Shown piece by piece: positions 9,630 through 18,634 of a stretch of DNA of 64,000 nt. The stretch is from Candidatus Heimdallarchaeota archaeon (GTDB lineage: Archaea > Asgardarchaeota > Heimdallarchaeia > Heimdallarchaeales > Heimdallarchaeaceae), in contig JAAFKJ010000115.1 of the NCBI GenBank assembly GCA_021399395.1, forward strand, positions 28,273 to 92,272. Reading direction: 5' to 3'. Under the pieces are notes generated by a model that searched no databases, was not told where the DNA came from, and worked only from the letters and a program-made list of their open reading frames with translations. The position numbers and the translations under genes were made by a program. The stretch's first letter is position 1. Each line of letters begins with the position of its first letter.

Positions 9630-10915
9630 TTATTTTCACCGACTTTGGGGATGGCAATTTTCCCTTCAATTGCTGTCGCTGCAGCTATTGCTGGGCTTGC
9701 TAAATAAACATCCGCTGGACCGATTTTTCCTTGTGTATTGCGGTTGCCAGTTGTTAAGGTAACAGCTGTTTTTCCACCTGTTAACCCATATTGACCTTTT
9801 GCACAAGTTGAACAACCTGCACCAAAGAAGTTGCCACCAGCTTCTAGAATTACTGTCATATCTCCATCAGCATTTATTTCAACAAAATCTTCTCTGGTTG
9901 CTGGAACGATACCGAATCTTACATTAGGGTTGATTTGAGAGCCTTTGAGTACTTTTGCAACTTCATGAATGTCATCGGCACTGCCGTTTGTACAGGAACC
10001 AATTATGATTGAATTTATCGGGGTTCCCAAAACATCTTCTATGGGCTTAACATTATGTGGGTGAGGCGGACAGGCAATGTATAATCCTAAATTATCTATG
10101 TTGATTGTAAGCTCAGAATCATAATTTGCATTATCATCTCCAGCCAATAACTCTATGTTAATGTTAAACTGTTTATAATATTCTGCAGTTACTTCATCAG
10201 CTGGAACAAATCCTATCATACCAGAAGCTTCTGTAATTAGTGAACATAATGTCACACGGTCTTCAATTGAAAGTTCCGAGATTATATCACCACTGAACTC
10301 AACGGCTTTTCCAGTGATCCCATGTTCATGAAGTTCCTTTAAAACGTATAATGCTAAATCTTTGGAAGTAGTGGGCCATGTGTATCTGCCTTCTAGTTTA
10401 ATCTTTACAGTTTCAGGAATTTTTATCCAAGATTTGCCTGTTTTGAAGGCAAAAGATAACATTACGTCTCCTGCTCCTTGACCAAGAATACCTAATGCGC
10501 CTAGTATATTATAATGGCTATCCGCACCAATAACCATGTTCCCTGGTTTTGAAAAACCTCTTCTAAATAGTAGATGAGAGCCAATACCCGATCCTAAATC
10601 TGTAACTTTAATCTGGTGTTCCTTTGCAAATACGCGAATCTTTTCTTGATCTTTAGCGTGCTTTGGATCATTTCCATACGGATAACAATCTGGTGTAAAA
10701 ATTATTTTGTCGCTATCAAATGTTTTTGAGCCAGGATAGTGCTTTTGAAATAAATCGATAACTTGAGGACCCGCGTAATCTCTTGCTGTAACTAAATCTA
10801 CATTTACCCATACAATATTACCGGGATAAATATCCTCATCTGAAGCCTCTGTGTGCTTTCTAATAATCTTCTCTATTAGCGTAAGCCCCTTCATTTTCCT
10901 CAAATTCACCAACAT
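9626..10915 (-). CDS. LeuC/HacA-type large subunit, divergent
   Basis: 'GADSH', 'IGSCTNG', 'CSTC', 'NRN', 'YLASP'. Confidence 0.88.
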   Translation of the reverse strand: MLVNLRKMKGLTLIEKIIRKHTEASDEDIYPGNIVWVNVDLVTARDYAGPQVIDLFQKHYPGSKTFDSDKIIFTPDCYPYGNDPKHAKDQEKIRVFAKEHQIKVTDLGSGIGSHLLFRRGFSKPGNMVIGADSHYNILGALGILGQGAGDVMLSFAFKTGKSWIKIPETVKIKLEGRYTWPTTSKDLALYVLKELHEHGITGKAVEFSGDIISELSIEDRVTLCSLITEASGMIGFVPADEVTAEYYKQFNINIELLAGDDNANYDSELTINIDNLGLYIACPPHPHNVKPIEDVLGTPINSIIIGSCTNGSADDIHEVAKVLKGSQINPNVRFGIVPATREDFVEINADGDMTVILEAGGNFFGAGCSTCAKGQYGLTGGKTAVTLTTGNRNTQGKIGPADVYLASPAIAAATAIEGKIAIPKVGENK

Positions 10916-10986
10916 GAAAATAAGTAATAAACATATCTCTATGTGTTTATACTAACTATTACTTGAAAATAAATAAAAAGAAGGAA

Positions 10987-11007
10987 AAATGTAAACCGTT
11001 TACATTT
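10987..11007. promoter_or_regulatory. Perfect 10-bp inverted repeat (operator or terminator element)
   Basis: AAATGTAAAC-C-GTTTACATTT overlapping the dehydrogenase stop, followed on the minus strand by a T-rich tract. Confidence 0.35.
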
Positions 11008-12133
11008 ATTTTAATTTTTCACAGATTGCATCAGCCATTTCAGTAGTTTTTGCATCTCCACCCATATCATATGTTCGAACTTTTCCTTCAGCAATAACAG
11101 CTGCTACTGCATCTTCAATTTTGTTAGCCATCACTTTTTCTCCAAGCCAGTCTAACATCATTTTAGCTGATAAAATCTGTGCTATGGGATTAACTTTGTT
11201 TTGACCTACATATTTTGGAGCTGATCCATGGCTGGGCTCAAAAACTGCAAAGTTGTCACCAATGTTTCCTGAACAAGCAAACCCTAAACCACCAACTAAC
11301 TGAGCACATAAATCGGAAACAATATCACCAAACATGTTGGAAGAGACTAAAACACCATAATTCTGTGGATTCTTAACTAACCACATGCACATGGCATCAA
11401 TATTGGTTTCCCAGAGTTCTTTCCCTTCATAATCTTGGATGAGTTTGCGTGCTTCTCTAATCATCAAACCAGAAGTTTCACGAATCACGTTTGGTTTTTC
11501 AACAACAGTAATTGTAGGATAATCATACTCCTTTGCGTAATCCATACTAGCTTTCAAAATTCTTTGGACACCTTTTCGAGTGAAAATTCTTGTAGAAATA
11601 GCAACATCATTCAAATTTGCATCTGCAAAACGTTTAGCTTTAGGGTTATTTTCTATTAAACAATTCATTACCTCTTCTGGTACGGGATGAAATTCTATCC
11701 CAACATAAAGACCCTCAGTATTCTCTCGAAACACTACTAAATCTAAATCATCTCGGAAATTTAATGGGTTGCCTGGATAAGCTTTGCATGGACGTAAATT
11801 TACGTACAAATCAAATAACTGCCTTAATTTAACAATTGGGCTAGAATACACTAATCCTTTTTCTTGTAGTTCTGGAGCTAATTCCTTCTGTGCTTCTTCT
11901 TTTGGCTTAGAAGTAATAGCTGAGAATAAACAACAATCTGAATTTTTGAGTAACTCTATTGTTCGATCAGGTAGAGGATTTCCTTCCGTCTTCCAGAATT
12001 CCCATCCAATATCACCATAGGTATATTCTGCCATTTCACTAAATCCAACAGCATCTAAAACTTTCATTGTTGCCTCTGTGACATCTACTCCGATACCATC
12101 TCCAGGTAAAACTGCGATTTTATACTTCTTCAT
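11006..12133 (-). CDS. Isocitrate/isopropylmalate/homoisocitrate dehydrogenase family protein
   Basis: 'LPGDGIG', 'LRQLFDLYVNLRP', 'RENTEGLY', 'NMFGDIVSD', 'FEPSHGSAP'. Confidence 0.92.
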   Translation of the reverse strand: MKKYKIAVLPGDGIGVDVTEATMKVLDAVGFSEMAEYTYGDIGWEFWKTEGNPLPDRTIELLKNSDCCLFSAITSKPKEEAQKELAPELQEKGLVYSSPIVKLRQLFDLYVNLRPCKAYPGNPLNFRDDLDLVVFRENTEGLYVGIEFHPVPEEVMNCLIENNPKAKRFADANLNDVAISTRIFTRKGVQRILKASMDYAKEYDYPTITVVEKPNVIRETSGLMIREARKLIQDYEGKELWETNIDAMCMWLVKNPQNYGVLVSSNMFGDIVSDLCAQLVGGLGFACSGNIGDNFAVFEPSHGSAPKYVGQNKVNPIAQILSAKMMLDWLGEKVMANKIEDAVAAVIAEGKVRTYDMGGDAKTTEMADAICEKLK

Positions 12134-12160
12134 TATTATACACCTTTCTAAAAATCTACA

Positions 12161-12748
12161 TTAATTTTCTTCAAATATTTTCTTTATTGGGGAAAAACAA
12201 AGGAAATCAACACGGTGGATTATATCTACTTCTGGTAATCGATTAATCTTATCACCTTCTTTACTGTGGAATACAATAGCCTGTCTTACAATAATAGGTA
12301 AATTGAATTCGCTTACTAATTCCAAACCCATTGCTGGGTGACGAATGCGGTTTCCTTCCAAAGTTTGAAATATTTTTCCTGATGAATCCCTTTCATATTC
12401 TGTGAATTTACCAACATCATGAAGTAAGGCTCCTGCAATTAACTCATCTCGATTCAATTTGTCTCCTAATCCCAAGTTAGAATATGTTTCATATGTGGCA
12501 ATGCACATTTGTGTCACAGCTCTAATATGATCAACCAAACTGATTTTTGCTACCTGGTCTTCTAATATTAGATCAGGAATTAAAAGTGTAGCAGGTATAA
12601 ACTTAAAATCTTCATCAGCCCAACCACCAAGTTTAATTGCTTTTTTAAGAGATTTGGTTACTTTTTCACGTAACTCCTTATCATTAATTTCATTAAGTTC
12701 TGGAAATAATTTTGTAATATCCATTATTATACCCCGGTTTGTTTTCAA
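12161..12748 (-). CDS. HD-domain phosphohydrolase
   Basis: 'DHIRAV', 'ALLHDVGK', 'RHP', 'FHS' HD motifs. Confidence 0.85.
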   Translation of the reverse strand: MKTNRGIIMDITKLFPELNEINDKELREKVTKSLKKAIKLGGWADEDFKFIPATLLIPDLILEDQVAKISLVDHIRAVTQMCIATYETYSNLGLGDKLNRDELIAGALLHDVGKFTEYERDSSGKIFQTLEGNRIRHPAMGLELVSEFNLPIIVRQAIVFHSKEGDKINRLPEVDIIHRVDFLCFSPIKKIFEEN

Positions 12749-12828
12749 TCTTAACGAATAGATTGTTATTGGTACCTCACAACCATTAGTAATATATTAT
12801 TTTCTGTATGTAGTGTGAGGTTGAATAA

Positions 12829-13215
12829 CTAAACATATCCAAAAAGAGACAATCTGTTTTTTCCATGGAGGGAGATGACAGCAATTCCTTTTTCTCTGAG
12901 AGTTAATCTAAGTTCTCTATCGTTGGTAGCTACAATTGCCTTGTGTTCTAGTGCTAAACGGAGAATTTCTTCATCGGTATGAATTTTCTCTTGTGATTCT
13001 AAAATGGAGTAATTTTGTGCAAGATTAAGTGCAAAATTTGCTTTTCTCGTAGTTACACTACTAGAACTCCTAAGCAGTTCAGTTAATTCATTAATAACAA
13101 TTTTAGGAACAACAATCTCATATGATTGAGTAATAATTCGTTCAATTTCAGACGATAGATTAATTCTCTTTTCTAAAGGAAGCATCAGCATACTTGAATC
13201 AAGAATGATGAGCAT
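12829..13215 (-). CDS. PIN-domain protein (Utp24/Fcf1-like)
   Basis: 'IILDSS', 'VINEL', 'TDEEI', 'VATND'; usual neighbour of aIF2-gamma. Confidence 0.85.
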   Translation of the reverse strand: MLIILDSSMLMLPLEKRINLSSEIERIITQSYEIVVPKIVINELTELLRSSSSVTTRKANFALNLAQNYSILESQEKIHTDEEILRLALEHKAIVATNDRELRLTLREKGIAVISLHGKNRLSLFGYV

Positions 13216-13233
13216 TCAATCCTCTCTCGTGAT

Positions 13234-14505
13234 CTAATCCTTAATAGAGCCAACACCAATCAACCTAAAGCGACCAGCAATTCTTCTTGAAATTGCTACT
13301 TTGCTTTGAGTACTTGCTGCAACCTCTCTATTAAGTTTAATTTTTACGTCTTCCCCTTTGATTTCAGTTATTGATCCTGCTGTTTTTGCGGTTCCAACAT
13401 TTAGCATTAAGGTTTCTCCTTGAGCTAATGGTTGCACTTTTGTTATTTCTTCTGAACCAACAACAAATTCCATAAGACGAACAGTTAATGCAAGTTCCGT
13501 ACGAACTGGAGGGGTATTATTGGGTGTTGTAACTATATTACCTGACATTTTATCGGCTTTTAAAAATGAAGGATCTAATTCAGTTCCTATAGATACTAAT
13601 CCTCCTGAATGTGCGCTGTCAACTAGACCTTGTTCACCTATTGAAATACTAACCACTTTAGTTTTGATTGGAGTATAAACAGTTTTATTACCCTTTTTGA
13701 TAGCAATACCAGGCACTATTTCGATATCTTCTCCCTTTGTAACCTGTCCTCTAATTATAGTTCCCCCAAGAGCTCCTCCCCTAATTTTCTCGGGTTTGGT
13801 TCCTGGACGATTAATATCAAATGATCGTGCAACATGCATTTCTAAGGGGCTTTCAATATCAGAATCGGGAGTTGGTATGTTTTTCTCAATTTCACAAATT
13901 AAAACATCTAGATTAGCACTATGCATTGCGCTGATAGGTATGATCGGTGCATTTTCTGCAATGGTTCCCTTGATGAAATCCTTAATCTCTTGATAATTTC
14001 TTTGAGCTTCTTCTTCTGTTACCAATTCGATTTTATTTTGAACGACTACTATGTTAGGTATTTGAAGAATCTCCATTGCTGCAAGATGTTCTCTTGTTTG
14101 TGGTTGTGGGCACCTTGAATTAGCTGCAACAAGCAAGATAGCACCATTCATAAGAGTTGCACCAGAGAGTAATGTAGCCATTAATACTTCGTGTCCAGGG
14201 CAGTCGACAAAAGATACCCTTCTAAGAAATTTGGAAGGTGTTCCACATTTTGGACACTTTTCTTCTATTGTATATGCTTCTGGATCTGGACATTTAGGGC
14301 ATTTACGGAATTCTGTATCAGCATAGCCTAAACGTATGGAAATTCCTCTCTTCAATTCTTCAGAGTGGTCATCTGGAAATTTACCAGTAAGTGCTTGTAC
14401 GAGGGTAGACTTACCGTTATCTACGTGCCCTATTGTACCTATGTTGACAACTGGTTGTCTGATTGTCTTTTCTTTCTTTTTTTCAGGAGAATCTGCTTGG
14501 CTCAT
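13234..14505 (-). CDS. eif2g: Translation initiation factor 2 gamma subunit
   Basis: 'GHVDNGKS', 'RGISIRLGY', Zn-knuckle, 'DCPGHE', 'NKIE', 'RSFDINRPG'. Confidence 0.97.
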   Translation of the reverse strand: MSQADSPEKKKEKTIRQPVVNIGTIGHVDNGKSTLVQALTGKFPDDHSEELKRGISIRLGYADTEFRKCPKCPDPEAYTIEEKCPKCGTPSKFLRRVSFVDCPGHEVLMATLLSGATLMNGAILLVAANSRCPQPQTREHLAAMEILQIPNIVVVQNKIELVTEEEAQRNYQEIKDFIKGTIAENAPIIPISAMHSANLDVLICEIEKNIPTPDSDIESPLEMHVARSFDINRPGTKPEKIRGGALGGTIIRGQVTKGEDIEIVPGIAIKKGNKTVYTPIKTKVVSISIGEQGLVDSAHSGGLVSIGTELDPSFLKADKMSGNIVTTPNNTPPVRTELALTVRLMEFVVGSEEITKVQPLAQGETLMLNVGTAKTAGSITEIKGEDVKIKLNREVAASTQSKVAISRRIAGRFRLIGVGSIKD

Positions 14506-14773
14506 TAATTTTTCCTCAATACTGATATCTTCGTTGAATTTTCTATCTTCTCTGCGTATTAATGGTTATTCATTAAACACAATTTTGTGCTATATTCTTC
14601 TATCAAAAACCTTGCGCTCAAATAATTTTAATGTAATTTCAAAAAATCCACCATTTATCAAGATTTTATTGGGTTTTAGTGAAAGAACCTTAAGAAAAAA
14701 ATATTTGATATAACTATCTTTAAAAATAATGGCAAAGAACCAGCAATGAAGAAGAAAGAGAGATGACCTTATC

Positions 14774-15352
14774 TTGTATTATGGTGTTAAAGTAAAAGAT
14801 ACACTTCGTGTCCCCCCAAATAGGTTTGATGAAGATCTTTCCCAAGTTTTAGCAGAAATTGCCAGAGAAAGCTTTGAGGGAAAAATTGATCCAGATCTGG
14901 GTTTCATAGTTGCTGTAACTGAGATAAACAAAATCTATCAAGGAAAACTCATTTCAGGTGATGGTGGTGCATATTATGAAACAGATTTCGGATTATTATG
15001 CTATTTACCAGAAATCGATGAAATAGTATCTGGTGAAGTTGTTGAGTGTGTAGATTTTGGTGCATTTATTAGAATTGGAACAATTGATGCCCTTTGTCAT
15101 GTTTCTCAAATCGCAGATGATTATTTCAGATATATACCAAAGAACGCCTTATTAAGGGGAGATAAATCCAAACTAGATTTACTTATTAATACAAAGGTTA
15201 GAGCTAGAGTTATAGCAGTAAGTATAGGGAAAACTGCTATACGTGTTGGTCTTACTATGAGACAAGACGCTCTTGGTGCAATTGATTGGATAGAAGAGTG
15301 GAAGAAGGGCGGACCAAAAGACTCAACAAAAGTTGCAGAGGAGGCTTCATAA
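14774..15352 (+). CDS. rpo7: RNA polymerase subunit Rpo7 (E')
   Basis: 'RVPP', 'GDGGAY', S1 domain, 'GLTMRQDALG'; TTG start. Confidence 0.95.
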   Translation: MYYGVKVKDTLRVPPNRFDEDLSQVLAEIARESFEGKIDPDLGFIVAVTEINKIYQGKLISGDGGAYYETDFGLLCYLPEIDEIVSGEVVECVDFGAFIRIGTIDALCHVSQIADDYFRYIPKNALLRGDKSKLDLLINTKVRARVIAVSIGKTAIRVGLTMRQDALGAIDWIEEWKKGGPKDSTKVAEEAS

Positions 15353-15353
15353 G

Positions 15354-15542
15354 ATGTCCAAAGCATGTAGAATATGTCATATGATTCATGAAAAAACTGC
15401 AAGTATGTGTACAAATTGCAAAACACAAGATCTTTCTTCTGAATATACTGGAGAGATATTTATTATTAATCCAGAAGAAAGTGATGTTGCTCAAAGAATG
15501 AAAATCAGTAAGAGTGGACATTATGCTTTAAGAGTCCGGTGA
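15354..15542 (+). CDS. spt4: Transcription elongation factor Spt4 (RpoE'')
   Basis: ATG at 15354; 'KACRIC...CTNC...PEESDVA...GHYALRVR'. Confidence 0.93.
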   Translation: MSKACRICHMIHEKTASMCTNCKTQDLSSEYTGEIFIINPEESDVAQRMKISKSGHYALRVR

Positions 15543-16099
15543 AATCTGTGGATTCTTCTGAAATTGGTTATTTTTTCCTTCCTGAGAATGAAAGAGAGCA
15601 TTTCAAACAACCTTTGGATATTTTGTATAAAACTGAATCTGAAGTTCTATCCTTAATTACTAAATTAAAGGAAGACAAATCCATCCCAAAAATTATCACA
15701 GTAGGGGATGTATGCACTCAAACATTAATTGAGAATTCTCTTGTACCTGATTTGGCAATAATTGATGATTATGTGCAAAGAAAACAATCTCCATTGGTCG
15801 ATTTATCACATTTTCAGGTTTTGGAAGCTAAAAATCCTGCGGGGATAATTACTTTTGAAGCTTGGGAAGTGGTTCGTCAAGCAATAAAAATAGATGATAA
15901 CAAAATAATTATAAAAATAACTGGAGAAGAAGATTTACTAGTGCTTCCAGTAATAAGTGAAACACCTTATAATTCAAAAGTCTTATATGGACAACCAAAT
16001 GAAGGATTAGTAGGCGTTACAGTTACAAGGAAAATAAAAACAAAAATCCAAGATTTAATTCAAAAAATGGTGAAGATTAATGAAAATTACAATCGTTAA
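15539..16099 (+). CDS. GTP-dependent dephospho-CoA kinase (DUF359)
   Basis: 'ITVGDV', 'NPAG', 'GEEDLLVLP', 'YGQPNEG'; conserved position after spt4. Confidence 0.9.
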   Translation: MKSVDSSEIGYFFLPENEREHFKQPLDILYKTESEVLSLITKLKEDKSIPKIITVGDVCTQTLIENSLVPDLAIIDDYVQRKQSPLVDLSHFQVLEAKNPAGIITFEAWEVVRQAIKIDDNKIIIKITGEEDLLVLPVISETPYNSKVLYGQPNEGLVGVTVTRKIKTKIQDLIQKMVKINENYNR

Positions 16100-16379
16100 C
16101 AAAACTGAAAACAAACTTCTTGAAAGAGTAGAATATAAAATAGAGATCGATCACCAAGGTGAAGCAGTTCCTACAAGAGATTCAGTTTTATCTAAAATTG
16201 CTGCTCAAGTTAATAAAGATAGAAATCAAGTTGTTTTGATTAAAATAGACACTAAATATGGGATTGGTATAAGCAATGCTTTGATTCATGCTTATGAATC
16301 CACTGAAAGAGCTATATTAGTTGAAAAAGAACACATCTGGAAAAGATCTGGACTTAATGAAGAGAAGAAGGAACAGTAG
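16080..16379 (+). CDS. rps24e: Ribosomal protein eS24
   Basis: 'NKLLERVE', 'PTR', 'TKYGIG'; operon context. Confidence 0.93.
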   Translation: MKITIVNKTENKLLERVEYKIEIDHQGEAVPTRDSVLSKIAAQVNKDRNQVVLIKIDTKYGIGISNALIHAYESTERAILVEKEHIWKRSGLNEEKKEQ

Positions 16380-16388
16380 GGTGAAAAA

Positions 16389-16559
16389 ATGAGCGAAACA
16401 CACAAAAAGTACAAAATAGAAGGCGATAAACTTACACGCGTAAAGAAAGTTTGTGAAAGGTGTGGGGATGCCGTTTATATGGCTGAACATCCTGATAGAC
16501 AAACTTGTGGTAAATGCGGATTTACTACTTATAAAAGAGGTCGTAAAGTTTCTTCTTAA
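16389..16559 (+). CDS. rps27ae: Ribosomal protein eS31 (S27ae), 56 aa, absent from the ORF track
   Basis: Manual translation MSETHKKYKIEGDKLTRVKKVCERCGDAVYMAEHPDRQTCGKCGFTTYKRGRKVSS; follows eS24 with a GGTGA RBS. Confidence 0.95.
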   Translation: MSETHKKYKIEGDKLTRVKKVCERCGDAVYMAEHPDRQTCGKCGFTTYKRGRKVSS

Positions 16560-16610
16560 TCAATCTTTTTCTAATAGAAAAATTTAAACTTTGGTAATTT
16601 CTATTTTCAA

Positions 16611-16686
16611 ATAGGCGGATGACTGATTGAGACGGCTTAGATGTGCCTTCACACACATGATAGGAAGAACTCAAAGGACGCCCTAT
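16611..16686 (+). ncRNA. Double K-turn small RNA (box C/D-like sRNA)
   Basis: BRE/TATA GAAAAA-TTTAAA at ~16577-16588; terminal K-turn GGCG-GAT-GA/GA-CGCC; internal K-turn CTTA-GA-TGTG/CACA-CAT-GA-TAGG; pyrimidine tract downstream. Confidence 0.6.
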
Positions 16687-16785
16687 TATCTCTCCTTTTA
16701 ATATCATGCCCTAACCTAAGAACAAAGGTTTAAATCATAGCTGAATAAATAGCTCACCTAAATAATTGATGAAGGCGTTATACAA

Positions 16786-17265
16786 ATGAACCCCGTCGAA
16801 ATAGAACTTTCAGATAAATTAAATGAGTATATACAGAAGCTTGTAGATGACGGTAATTTTGAATCAACAGAAGCTTTTGCTAAGCATGCGATTTACTGGT
16901 TAGCAGAATTATATGGTTTTGGAGAACAATATGAAGGAAAAAGCCTAAGCGCTATGATTTCAGAAATAATTGGTTCAAAAGCTCAAGTAACTACAAGTGC
17001 AGTTCAAGATGTTAAAACAGAAGTAAGAACAGTAGTTAAGGACTTAAAGATACCAAACAAAGATCTCATTCTTGAATCCTACAGTTCATCGAAATTTATG
17101 TATGAAAACGCGATTTTTATAGCCTGCCAATTTGCAGCACAAAAACAAGGAAGTCCTCCTATTTCAAAAGAGGAATTTGCGAAGTCTTTGGAGCAAATGG
17201 AGGAAGCTGGAATTTTATCAAGAATCCAGAAAGGCGAAAAAATTATGTGGAAAAGAAATGAATGA
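16786..17265 (+). CDS. Ribbon-helix-helix (CopG/ParD-like) protein with C-terminal winged-helix-like domain
   Basis: 'VEIELSDKLNEYIQKLVDDGNFESTEAFAKHAI'; C-term 'LEQMEEAGILSRI'. Confidence 0.6.
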   Translation: MNPVEIELSDKLNEYIQKLVDDGNFESTEAFAKHAIYWLAELYGFGEQYEGKSLSAMISEIIGSKAQVTTSAVQDVKTEVRTVVKDLKIPNKDLILESYSSSKFMYENAIFIACQFAAQKQGSPPISKEEFAKSLEQMEEAGILSRIQKGEKIMWKRNE

Positions 17266-17282
17266 ATATTTTCTTCTTTTTC

Positions 17283-17996
17283 TTAAACCATTAAAGCCTG
17301 TGCCATCTCTTGCAATACTTCTTTAGGATCTTTAGCTTTTACAAATCCTGAAGCTAATAGGACTCCTTTTGCACCCATCTGTACAGCTTCAGCAACATCT
17401 TGCGAAGTTGTAACACCCGCACCTACAAGAGGTTGCACTGAACTATTCACATTCTTAATAGCTAATAGTGTTTGCTTTACTAACTCAGGTTTTGTTGTTA
17501 CAGAAACACCACTACCAATTAACTCTGGTGGTTCCATTGCACATGCAGATGGTTCCAGAGAAGCTATTGCTTTGCTTGTTTGAATATTGTTTGAACACAC
17601 ACATGTATAGAAATCCAATTTCTTTGCTTTATCGACTATTTTTTCTATATCTGACAATCTTAATCTGTGTTCAGAGTGGTTAACTAAAGATCCCGCAACT
17701 CCACTCTCTTTTACTGCTTCTAAGAGATTATTTCCTGTATAACTACCAGCATCATTACCGTCAACATGTTGAGCTAAAACAGGTATTTCAACTTCTTGCA
17801 CAATTAAGCCAATATCTACTGTTTGAGGACACACCGCAATTGAAACTCCAGTTTCAAATGCTACACTTTCTGCTATTTTAGAAAGAACTAAACCTCTTTT
17901 ACCTATGGTCTGAGTGTAGTTTTTATAGTTTAAGATTATTATTGGATAAGTGATATCTGACATAAAAGAAAAATTCCACGACATATTTAAAAACAT
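17283..17996 (-). CDS. tpiA: Triosephosphate isomerase (archaeal type)
   Basis: 'NYKNY', 'AQH', 'NHSE', 'EPPELIGSG', 'GAGV', 'LLASG'. Confidence 0.96.
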   Translation of the reverse strand: MFLNMSWNFSFMSDITYPIIILNYKNYTQTIGKRGLVLSKIAESVAFETGVSIAVCPQTVDIGLIVQEVEIPVLAQHVDGNDAGSYTGNNLLEAVKESGVAGSLVNHSEHRLRLSDIEKIVDKAKKLDFYTCVCSNNIQTSKAIASLEPSACAMEPPELIGSGVSVTTKPELVKQTLLAIKNVNSSVQPLVGAGVTTSQDVAEAVQMGAKGVLLASGFVKAKDPKEVLQEMAQALMV

Positions 17997-18084
17997 TGCT
18001 TAATATAAATTAGTACGGCTACAGCTGTTGAAAGCTTTAAATATATTTAAAGATAAATAATCAATAAGAGATGTCTAAACACAC

Positions 18085-18612
18085 TTGGTGATTTACTTGT
18101 ATGGTGCTGACCAAATTAATACAATTCTTCATGAGATTATAACAAGTGATGCTAATATTAATCATGTAATATTAGCTGATAAAACAGGATTAACACTAGC
18201 TTACTCCTCACGTTTTGCCTTTGATGAGTTTGAAACAGAAGCATTAGGCGCAATAGCTAGTGCAGTTTATTTAGCTAGTGAACAACAAGGAACAAACGTT
18301 GGTCTGGCGGAACTAGACATTATCATTTCAGAATTTTCCGATGGTCTAATTTTAGTAGCAAGTTGTGGAAGCACTGTTTTGTGTTTGATTACTGACACAG
18401 GCGTTGCATTGGGCATGGTTAGAAGAACCATGAAAATAGCAGCTGAAAAAATCAGAAACATATTAGATGTTGAAGCTAAACCTGTTATTGTTCCCGAAAC
18501 TCAGCCTGCAGTTGCTGCAACTTCACAACCTGTAGTTGCGGAAGAGAAGAAAGTTCAGGATGAGTTTATCTCCGATTTAGAATTAGCATTAAGGGAATTA
18601 GAACAATTCTAG
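18085..18612 (+). CDS. Roadblock/LC7 domain protein with C-terminal tail
   Basis: 'LADKTGLTLA', 'LGAIASA', 'IISEFSDG', 'LGMVR'. Confidence 0.88.
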   Translation: MVIYLYGADQINTILHEIITSDANINHVILADKTGLTLAYSSRFAFDEFETEALGAIASAVYLASEQQGTNVGLAELDIIISEFSDGLILVASCGSTVLCLITDTGVALGMVRRTMKIAAEKIRNILDVEAKPVIVPETQPAVAATSQPVVAEEKKVQDEFISDLELALRELEQF

Positions 18613-18634
18613 TTCTATTTATTGTGTAGGGTGT

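Noticed and set aside
16614-16683. tRNA-Sec-like reading (CTTCA loop in a ~70-nt GC-closed RNA)
   Set aside because: No T-arm (TTCRA), D-arm or long variable arm; the K-turn interpretation fits better.
16317-16707. Minus-strand ORFs 16317-16502 and 16525-16707
   Set aside because: They overlap the real eS24/eS31 genes and the sRNA on the + strand.
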